A stretch of 44,131 nt of DNA, counting the filler, from Jimgerdemannia flammicorona (taxonomy: Eukaryota): NCBI GenBank assembly GCA_003990765.1. It is 2 parts of 2 records of this genome, joined end to end, with 100 filler letters (N's around TTAATTAATTAA, not from the genome) between each part and the next. Parts side by side here need not be neighbours in the genome. Positions count along the whole stretch, not along the records: positions 1 to 22,024 come from RBNJ01001350.1; 1 more part is not named here. The stretch is one strand, 5' to 3'. Both the position numbers and the translations under genes were made by a program. A model generated the notes under the pieces. The model was given only the letters and a program-made list of their open reading frames with translations, made no database searches and was not told the DNA's origin. Below, in pieces: positions 1 to 9,881 of this stretch. Each line of letters starts with the position of its first letter. Within the stretch, counting starts at the first letter, position 1.

Positions 1-500
1 ACCATTGTTTTGATTTCCAAATTGGACAATTAAATGTTTACATCAATAACTCGATGAATAATCATCCAAATTTGATGATCTTGGTGTCATTTGAAAGCCC
101 TTAATAAGGCCTTTCTAATGATATCAAGAACATTAAAATCGGATTACGCGTTTCCAAGATATTAAGGAAAATGTTCTATTTGACAAAATTTCCAAAATCA
201 GCAAATCGAAGAATTTCCAAAATCGGCGATTCAGACGGTTTCCTTCATAACTCAGCAATGCATGATCGTATTTCAATGTTCTTGGTATCATTAGATAGAC
301 CTTATTAAGGGCTTTCAAATGACACCAAGATCATCAAATGTGGATGATTATTCATTGAGTTATTGATGTAAAAATTTAATTATCTAATTTGGAAATCAAA
401 ACAATGGTTGATTTGAATCCCATCTGAGTTGATTCAGATGGGATTCAATCCGAATCAATCCGAATCCAATCCGGATTAAATTGACTCATTAGGAGCACTA
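1..500. mobile_element. Non-autonomous hAT-type MITE (left end outside window) with large internal inverted repeat
   Basis: Ends ...TTGACTCATTAGGAGCACTA (500), reverse complement TAGTGCTCCTAA, matching the TIR of the 8958-9312 MITE; AATC(C/G)-type subterminal repeats 410-485; 1-~170 is an inverted repeat of ~240-408; CpGs retained. Confidence 0.85.
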
Positions 501-779
501 TACAAGAATAAGAGCAAGACACCTAAGCTTACAGATGAGCAGTAGTACAACAAGATCATCAATGACTATACTCCTCAAGAAAGATACCCCCATGGTACTA
601 GGATGTACTGCTATAAATACCTGAATGACTGCTGGTCCTGTATCAGTGAAATCAGAAAAATCTGTCAACAAAAGCATAAGTAAGAAGCTGCTGAAGCAAA
701 AAGGAAAGCTGAAGAAGATGATCAGCCCCCAGAGCTTCAAGCTGGCAGTAATGATGAGGAGAAACAAGAACCAGACATC

Positions 780-1200
780 ACCCTTAAGGTTAAGAAGTTT
801 TACTCTGAAGTCAAGATCCCAGAATATAAGATGAAAGAGCCATAGGAATAGACCTCACCAGTATTCAAGATACTACTCTTGAACTATAGATCACTACTCT
901 ACTTAGCACCAAAATTGGAGTCAAGTTGCCAGAGAACTATATCAGAATTATCAAGACCAGAAACAGTCTGGCCAAAAGTGAAATCTCAATTGAAGGAGGA
1001 GTAATAGACCCTAATTACACTGACAAAATCTTCCTCATAGTCAGGAATCACAACCCCACCACCTCATTCAAAGTTAAGAAGTATAATAGAATTGGCCAGA
1101 TGCTGATCTATGAAGTCAAGAAGCCTAAGATCACTAAAGTCATTGAACTCATCAAGACCAAGAGAGGAGAACAAGGCTTTGAATCTACTAGAAGAGGAGC
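780..1200 (+). pseudogene. Retroelement dUTPase domain
   Basis: LKVKKFYSEVKIPEY, AIGIDL, IKTRNSLA (RSSLA motif), GGVIDPNYTDKI (GxIDxDYxGE motif), RIGQMLI, RGEQGFEST (RGxxGFGST motif); frameshift near 830. Confidence 0.92.
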
Positions 1201-1379
1201 CTATAATGTCACTAAGATTACTAAACTTGAGCACAAGAAAGATAAGGACCAGAATAAGTACATATATATCATTAGAGAAAACTTTCCCCTAGAAGAACAA
1301 CTTCTTAAGATCTTGTACCAGAATGAAGAAGTACTTGCCACAGACTTCAGAGATATCTACAATCAAGAATCCAAGTACT

Positions 1380-2704
1380 ACCATGAAGTTGACACTAGTG
1401 ATACTAAGCCCATCTATCAGAAAGTCAGACCTATACTACCTGCCTATAGAGAATGGCTACAAGCAGAACTCAAGAAAATAAAAGAAGTTAGAATCATCAA
1501 ACAAGCTATCAGCCTCTGAGCTTCACCCATTTTCCTTACTCCAAAGAAAGAAAGTAAACCTGGAGAGTTTGCTCCAAGACTCTGTATTGATTATAGGAAG
1601 CTCAATGCAATTACCAAGAAAGCTAGGCAGCTCTTGCCAAATATTCAAGAAATTCTTACCACTCTTAGAAGTGAAGCCAAATACTACACTACCTTGGATC
1701 TGTTCTCAGGCTTCCATCAGATTGATCTCACTCAAGATGTTAGTGAGAAATCAGCCTTCATTATACCTGATACTACCTATATCTACCTGTGAATACTATT
1801 TGGAATATGTAATACTCCAGCAAGTTTTTAGCAAATAATGAACAGAGTCTTCAGTAATGAGATTGGAAAATAGCTCTTTATCTATGTTAATGACATGATC
1901 ATCTTCAGCAATACTATACAGGAATATGTCAACTATATATAGCTAGTTCTCAAGAAGCTCAAGAAATATAGCCTCTACATCAAGCCTAAGAAATGCAAGT
2001 TTGTAGCTCAGGAAATTACCTACCTAGAACATCTCATCAACCAGACTGGAATTTACATAGACTCCATGAAGATTGAGGCTGTTGCAGCCTACCCAAGACC
2101 CAGAACAACTACAGAAGTCTGTGTCTTCCTTAGACTGGCCTCTTACTATAGAAGATTTATCAAAGAATACTCTAATATTGCAGTACCTATCTATGAGCTA
2201 CTGAAGAAGGAGACCAAATTTGAATAGATCAAGGAATGTCAAGAAATCTTCAATGAACTCAAGACAAGATTGACCCAAGCACCCATCCTCAGAAGACCAG
2301 ATTGGAACCTAGAGTTCATCCTGCAGATAGATGTAAGTACTATAGGACTTAGAGCAGTTCTAGCTCAAAAGAAAAATGGACATGAATATGTCATCTCCTA
2401 TATAAGCTAAGATACCCATAGAGTAGAACAGAACTATAAGTCATATAAGCTCAAATGCTTAGCAGTAGTCTGAGCAGTAGATAAGTTCCACTACTACCTG
2501 GCTGGGAAATACTTCACTATTCAAATAGACCACTCCACTCTTGCTTAGCTATTTCACACTCAGAACCCTAAAGGAATATATATCAGATAGATCTACAGAC
2601 TGCAAGAGTATAACTATACTATCAAGTACTACTTAAGAAGAACCAATACTAATGCTGATATACTCTCAAGAATACCCCAAAATACCCTCATCAAAACTAT
2701 TTAA
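1380..2704 (+). pseudogene. Ty3/Gypsy reverse transcriptase and RNase H
   Basis: ASPIFLTPKK, RLCIDYRKLN, LDLFSGFHQI, IYVNDMIIF (YxDD decayed), FLRLASYYRRFIK, LQIDVSTIGLRAVL, IDHSTL, NADILSR then TAA at 2702-2704. Confidence 0.93.
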
Positions 2705-2705
2705 T

Positions 2706-4230
2706 ATGAATAAGGAGCTATATTATGAATTAATCAACTATCTTAGGTAGCAGAAGATGCTCAACCATCTTGAACTCTGGACTATCACCATTATCAACTG
2801 AACTTGGAAATAATTTGAAATAGACAACACTATACTCAGAAAAGGAGAAAAGCTTATAATACCCAAATACAAGAAGTATCAAGTAATGAAGGAAGTATAC
2901 AAATAAGGATACCTAGAAGAAATCAACACATATGATAAAGTAAGAAGAACTATGTGGTGGCCCAAGATAGAAGAAGACTTATACCAATTTGTCAAAGGGT
3001 GTAATAAGTATCAAAAACAGAAACAAGATCAGCAAGATCAGGCACTCAGGTTATCAATAATTGAGTCTATCTCCTTCTACCACATCACAATGGATATTAT
3101 TAGACTGCTACCAGTAATACTATCAGGAAACTGCTATATTATAGTTATCATATATCTCTTTACTAAATAGATAGAAGCAGGAGTATTATAAGAAGCCAAT
3201 ACTCTCTCTATAGCCAACTTTCTGTACTGAGAAATCATCTGCCACTACAAGACACCAAGGCAAATTACTACAGACTATGATACAGAATTTGTCAATAGAT
3301 TCTATAAGATAATATATCAGAAATATAAGATCCAGCACATCAAAGACCACTGCATACCATCCTCAAGAAAATGGACAAATAGAGAGAACCAATAAGACCC
3401 TCAAGAACATCCTGGCGAAGATCTCAGACACATATGATAATTGGAATAACTACCTCTCAACTGCTCTCTCTATCCTATAAGATATATAGTCACAAAGTAC
3501 ACACTTTATCCTAAGAGAACTGCTCTTCAGAGAAGAAGATTCTGATGGAATCTCAGTTATAAATCTAGATCTAACTTGGAGACAAATAGACTCAGAAATC
3601 CAAAGACTATACTAAATCAGGAAGAAGGCTGAAGATTATATCATTAAGTTACAAGTACTGATAAGAAAAAATACAGAGAAGGATCATAAGATCCTAGAAC
3701 TCATCCAAATCAGAGAAAAGGTCCTACTATATTAAAATATAGTAGAAGCCTCATGGTCACAAAAACTGGAGCCCAAATGAGAAGGACTCTTCTATATATA
3801 AGATATTAAAAGAATTATCTTCTGATTTAGAAAACTCTTAGGGACCATACTGCCTACCATAGTACACAGGAACAGACTTAAGAATTATCATGAACCTATA
3901 CAAAAGAAGCAAAACATGATGACTGCCTATGAGGTTCTAGTCTGTGAATCATAACAGCATGTTCTGTGATCAGCAGGCAATCTGTCTGGACTATTCTTTA
4001 AAGGATATGATACCAGCAACTACTCATCCATGAGACTTTCAAAGCCAGAGGAGTTTGAACTATCACTGATTAGTCAAGATCAGAATCAGGCCCTTGCTCT
4101 ATATGAAGAGAGCAACTCTTCACCATCATACCAAAATATATAGAAGATATTAGCCCATAAATACTACTTTTCAACCCTCTGCTAGAGATTATGGGATCAG
4201 CAAATTTTTCAGAACTAGACCAATGAATAA
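2706..4230 (+). pseudogene. Integrase in a separate reading frame with own ATG, with non-chromodomain C-terminal extension
   Basis: ATG 2706 MNKELYYELINYL; WWPKIEEDLYQFVKGCNKYQK (decayed HHCC), MDIIRLLP, ITTDYDTEFVN, AYHPQENGQIERTNKTLK, VHRNRLKNY; frame continues with transition-type stops to ~4230. Confidence 0.85.
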
Positions 4231-4254
4231 GGACATTCAAGAAGATTCTTATTT

Positions 4255-4264
4255 AGGAGAAAGA
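4255..4264 (+). promoter_or_regulatory. Polypurine tract of element A
   Basis: TTCTTATTT-AGGAGAAAGA immediately before TGT and downstream of integrase; probably G>A-decayed. Confidence 0.7.
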
Positions 4265-5849
4265 TGTAATAGTTATCTCAGAATAATGGCATCAGTACAG
4301 AAGACAGCCTTTTCTTATAAGCCACCAGATTGGAGTATAGAAAGATCATATGGTATGACTTATCTCAGCTATAAGATGAGTAATGATGACTAACCATGAG
4401 TTATTGTGACCACAAGACAGACATATTAAGAAAGATCAAGAAACTGCAGTAGCAATAATCTAAACAAAGCATACAAGAATAGTTCTAAAGACTTACCATA
4501 AACAAAATGCCTACTGCTCACCAAACCTCAAGGTCCAGAAACTACCAAGGTCCCTCAGTCTAGAATAGGATATTCTAAGACATCAGAAGAGCCATGGAGA
4601 CCTATACAAGAAGGACTCCTAGTCTCAACCTAGGTACTGGTGACTCTTATCATTATATCCTCTACTGTCATAAAATGGAAATAAGGATTACTATTACTAC
4701 TGAATATCTCTGGATATGGCAAGAGTATGAAATAAGAAATCTTCTCTGCCAGGAGTTCTCTCAGGCCAGTCCCCAGGAGATTCAAGATACTATCCCCATA
4801 GATATATATAAAATAAGAATAGCAAAGAAGATTCATTGGGTCTTCTGGCATATACTATAGTCAATCTCCAATTTAGAGTATACTAGGATCTCAGACTTCA
4901 AGAAACTATCAACTTGCTACACCAATGCACTAGAGGCCATAGTGGCCACAGAGACTCAGTCCACTATCACCCTTAATAGTGATAAAGTAGAAGACTTCTG
5001 GTATCCCATCCTCTAGAACAACCCAGATAAATTCTTGCAATAATTGATCTCAGCATTCCAAGATCCTAGCATCTAGGTTAGACCTCCCCAAGACCCCACA
5101 TTTGTTTATTATTTTGTAGAAGAGAATGTCATAGACTGGAGAGCCCCCACTGAATGTGATGATGTCATCAGCAATGATGTCATCCCATATGATATATATA
5201 AAATATATAAAGTATGTAAAATAGACATAATGTTCATAGACCTCATCTTTTTTGAAGATAGTCTATCTCTAATCTCTGGCCTTGATAGTGACAAAGATGA
5301 AGCCCCCATGGTCCTGAACATTCTGCTTTAAGTTCTTGGTAACACCAGATTCTATCAGCATCCTTTTTTTGTATAACTGTAATTCTTCTAGCATTCTGAT
5401 CTTGCATAACTCAGAATTCTTCTAGTATCTTTTTTCTATATTACTGAAATTCTACTGGCATCTTAAAACTGTGTAACTATTTATACAGACACTTGAACTT
5501 GTACTTACAACTATAGTTTTCTATGTTCTAGTATTTTATTTAGTTATTGGAATTTATATTTAGTCTTATAACTTAGTAATTATTGAATTATATTTTGTAT
5601 AAATACCCCTCTTATTTCCTCTGAAATAAAGTTAGTCAAGTTCACTTATCCTCAATTCTATGTAAGCAATCTAAGAGATAATAAGACAGTTTAAAGATAA
5701 GAAGTTTGAGGACTATAAGACCTTGGGAAGGTACTCTAATAAGAACTTACTTATAACAAACTTGAGCTTAGTACCTTGGAGAGAATCTGACATATTTGAA
5801 GGACTCAGTGACTACTATATGATACTGTCTAAGATATATTGCTAATACA
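4265..5849 (+). repeat. Long (~1.6 kb) 3' LTR of element A
   Basis: Starts TGTAATAG after PPT; TATAAATACCCC at 5598, AATAAA 5625-5630; candidate end CTAATACA at 5849 (7/8 inverse of start). Alternative CA ends at 5758 and 5792; partner LTR not in window. Confidence 0.68.
4507..5331 (+). pseudogene. LTR-encoded ORF of unknown function (~274 codons)
   Basis: AAAATG start; single frame MPTAHQTS...PMVLNILL* with only TAG/TAA stops explicable by TGG/CAG/CAA/CGA transitions, no frameshift; includes ORF-track 4594..4860. Confidence 0.65.
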
Positions 5850-5859
5850 CATGTATCTC

Positions 5860-8800
5860 TCACCCAATCTCTCTTAGAAAGTCTCTCTCTCTCTCACTAT
5901 TACCCCAAAACACTACTCACCCCTCTACCATCCTAATCCTCTCCCTACTCTTCATATAGATTATCTCTACCAGCCACTGCTGATACTCTCTACCCATATC
6001 CCCACCCCTCAACCACTCATTCAACATATCCAACATCAGCCATTCTCATCTAGCCACCCTCCCCCCCAATAGCAGCCTTCAAACCTCCTCAAATACTAAA
6101 AGCCAATGTCTAGTCATACTAACCCAAATTGCCAGCACCCATTCTAATATTGGCCACTCATCTCCCACCCCCCCCACCAGTCTCCTCCAGAGATTGCCCT
6201 ACCTCCCTCCAGCTGCCAGCCCTAGTGGGTGTACTCTTAGCCATATCTCAATCTCTCTCTAAAAGTCCTTCATTACCTCACACTCCTCTAGTCAGTATTC
6301 AGGGATCTGCATTACTTCTCTCTTCTGCTCAACATCAAGACACTCCTCACACTCCTGAGTGTCCTCCTCCATCAAGTGGCCTATCTGATAGTTCAACATA
6401 ATATTATACTATAGAACTCTCCACTATACTACTCAGAAATTGAGAGAGATCCATTTTGCTATCCAACTGTCCCACTGCCAAATACTATTCTAGTTCCACT
6501 TCTCACTAATCCTCACCCTCTACCATGCCTCTGTCCACAAGTCTTACCCTTGTTCCTACAGGTACTCTATGCCATCTTCTAAGCAGAAATTATCTACCAG
6601 TGCCCCATCCAACAGAAGATGGTCCCACCTCCACATCCAGAGTCCCCAATCCTCTTTCCTCTTATTTCCCCTCTATTGGAGACCAATATGATGTGCTCCA
6701 TCAATCACTCCTCACCAGAATTCCCTATACCACATTCTCTAACTATCCTCCAAAGTCACCAGAGACAAAAATCTCCAGTTATACTATGGGGGGAGAAGCA
6801 GGCTTTCTATATCTCTTGCATGAGAGAAACCCACTCTCTATCTCTCAACTTACTCCCTTACTTCAGCTACCATACCCTCAAGCAGTGAAGATGCTTGAGA
6901 AAATCTACTAGCTCCAGATCTCTTCTATTCACTAACTAAGTCAATACCTCTCAACTAATCTGACTCCATTACTCTGCCCATATTCAGGTCCTGGTTATCT
7001 TTAGAAGTCACTTGACTATCTATGCTGGAAAGTCTAAGTGATACTCTAGATACTACAGTTTAGGTAGCCAGTATAAATTCATCCCTATTACTCTTCTTAC
7101 CAGAGAAATATATTAACCACCCCACTCCAGAAAGGTGCTGCCCCACTCTGTCAACCTCTGCTCTCACCACTTATATGGTAACAAGGAGCCATACACTGAG
7201 AAATAGATCTCTAAATATCAAACAGTCTCTTCTATGAAGACAATTATTCCAATTATATCTCCACCTACTATCTCTCTACCCAGTACCAAGGTCTCACACT
7301 TATACCAGTTGAGCTTAGTGTCAGAGCATCTCTCATATCACTCTACCACACTCTTCAGTACTGCAATGTCTGCAACTAATCTAAGTCCAACTACTATATC
7401 ATTAGCAAATACCCCCACCTTCTAGTTAACCTTTAAAATATTCAACTCTTCTACCTTGTACTATATTCTATCCAGAAGAGGCTCTAGTGACAGCACATAC
7501 AGCATCAGTGATAGAGGGTTCCCATGTATTACTCCTCTACCCAGAGAGAATGAACATCCTCTGTACCCATTCACTATGATCACTGCCCAACTTCCTTCCA
7601 ACAGACTGATCAGGGCTCACCAGACCCCATGAGGGACCCCAATGCACTTCAACACCCTTTCTAACCATATTTACTAGACTCTGTCATAGGCCTTCTCCTG
7701 GTCTAGGAAAACCAGTCATCCATCTACCCCAGTAGTATATATACTCTCAATAATGCTATGTACTCAGGCTATCTTATCTCTAATCAGATGACCCCCTATA
7801 AATCCTCTTTGCTCTACTTCTAAAACCTGTTGAGCCACTTCCTGCAACCTAACCACTAATATCTTTGTGGTCAGCTTGTGGTTCATATTCAGAAGCATAA
7901 TTGGTCTTTAGTTCTTCTACTCCTCTCTCCTCTCCTTGTTCTTAAACAGCAAAGCCATAAGACCTAAGCTCTGCCCTCCAATCTATGCTCCAGAGCCTAT
8001 CACTTTATTGTATATTGCCATCATTTCCTCTGGGGCCAGCTCAACTTCAGCTATCTTCTTTCAGAAATCTCACTATAAACTATCCTCCCCAGGTATAGTC
8101 TTAGAGCTTATTGTCTGCAGCACTTGCTGAATCTCCTCCCTCTGAACAGTAACACCAAGATCACCTAGGCCTGCTATCAGATCTAGGTACTATTCTTCCA
8201 AGTGTCTGTCAATATCTAATACCCCCTCCCCACTATCCTTCTCACTCCACAGATATCTCCACTACTTGCTCAACTGATCCAGGATCTCCAGTATCCCCAC
8301 AACCAACTCCCCAGCCTCATCTAGAACTCCCTCCCACTACTGCTAGACTCTCCTTGCCTACTACAGATGTGACAAAAACTTAGTAGGCTATTCCTCCTCC
8401 TCCAGTCCCTGCCACCATAGCTTGGCTGCCATGTCTTTAATCTGTAGGTTCTCCTCCTACCTCAGAATGCCCTTCAGCTCCTCTGCCTCCAGCCTGACCC
8501 ACCATAGCTGCCAATCTCCCTCTATACCTTCATTCACCAGATCTGTCCAATTCTCCAATACCCTCATCAGTCTCTGAGAGGTCTATCTCAATTTCTGCTT
8601 CCTTTGGGCCCCCTGTATCCTTCTTGCCTCTCTCCAGTACTGTTGTGCCACAGACTTCAATTGCCTCTACTGATCTCTAATCCCTAATCCCACTTCTCTC
8701 CAATCATATATTCTAGCACTAATGTCTATCTCCCAAGCCTCCCATAGTGATTTCTTACCTAATAAGGAAGTATTTAGTCACCAGTGTCTAGACCCCTCCC

Positions 8801-9881
8801 CACTTTCTCCAAAATACCCCCCACCCAATAGATCTCAGTGATCTGACCATAGACATCAAACAGTCTCCAAAGTTCTCTAGATATCTACTCTCCAATAGTC
8901 TGCAGTCAATATCCAGTCAATTCTTGAGTCTAACTCTGCCATCCAGTGGGTAAAGACTAGTGCTCCCAAATGAGTCGAATCAATTCAAATCAAATCAAAT
9001 TGAGAGTTAAATGAGTCAAATCGAATTGGGGATTTTTCAATTTGAATCAATTTGAATCAAATCAAAAGCCAAATCGAATTGAGGGTCTGATTCAAACCCT
9101 AATTTTCAAAATGCAATAACTCAGCGTAAAATCATCCAAATCTAACGTACTTTAGCTTGTTAGAATCACATTAATACGGTGAATCTAACAAGCTAAAATA
9201 TGTTAAATTTTGATGAGTATTCGTCAAGTTATTACATTTTGAAAATTAAGGTTTAAATCAAACTTTGAATTGAATTTGACCTTTGATTCGAATTGATTTG
9301 TTGGGAGCACTAGTAAAGACTCTACAATCCCCCCATCCAAGTTTCCTAGTATCCACTAAAGTACACAGATGTTCAACTTCTTCCTAGGCCTCCATACCCC
9401 TACTCCTATCCATCATCTCTCTATTCCCATCAGTTCTATCTATCTTCTCATCATGTATTATATTAAAGTTCCCCCCAAGACAATCAATTTCTACCTCCAC
9501 TAGTACTCCAGACTCTCACAATCCTCAGATCTATTCTACTCTCTCTCTTCTTTCTGCCAGACAATAACATGACCCAACTACCAAAGACCTCTAGCCTGAC
9601 TTCTTCCAGACTCTCCACACTAATCTACTCCCCCATTGTCCAATGTCCTCAATGTCTCTCTTGCTCTTTCTAATCAGAATACCCACACATTTACTCCAGA
9701 CTACCACTCCTCTCAATTTCTTCATCCAATTCTGACTATCCAATTCTCTATTATACTCAACATCCTACAGTAGAAACAAGTCAGCCTCTGTCCCCTTTAG
9801 CCATTCAAAAATATTATGCCATCTCACTGCCCCTTATAACCCATTGATATTTAGAGATAAGATTTTAGTTGTACTATTCAT
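5860..9881 (-). pseudogene. LINE ORF2 (APE endonuclease + reverse transcriptase), interrupted by MITE
   Basis: MNSTTKILSLNINGL, LGGNFN, SRIDWIL, WSDH, FLDQEKAYDRV, GVIHGNPLSLMLY, GVFANDI. Confidence 0.9.
8958..9312. mobile_element. Complete 355-bp hAT MITE
   Basis: TIRs TAGTGCTCCCAA / TTGGGAGCACTA; perfect 8-bp TSD GTAAAGAC at 8950-8957 and 9313-9320; internal palindrome centred ~9174. Confidence 0.96.

Larger units (their letters stand above)
501..5849 (+). mobile_element. Ty3/Gypsy LTR retrotransposon A, 3' part (dUTPase-RT-RNaseH, integrase, PPT, long 3' LTR)
   Basis: Domain order dUT-RT-RH-INT; PPT-like AGGAGAAAGA followed by TGTAATAG at 4265; gag/protease would lie upstream of the window. 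Confidence 0.9.

Noticed and set aside
4507..5331. Envelope gene
   Set aside because: No signal peptide or clear transmembrane segment, and it lies downstream of the PPT rather than between pol and PPT.
6129..8130. Pro/Ser/Leu-rich plus-strand ORFs (also 22511-23608, 40417-42767)
   Set aside because: Antisense to G-rich LINE ORF2; not genes.
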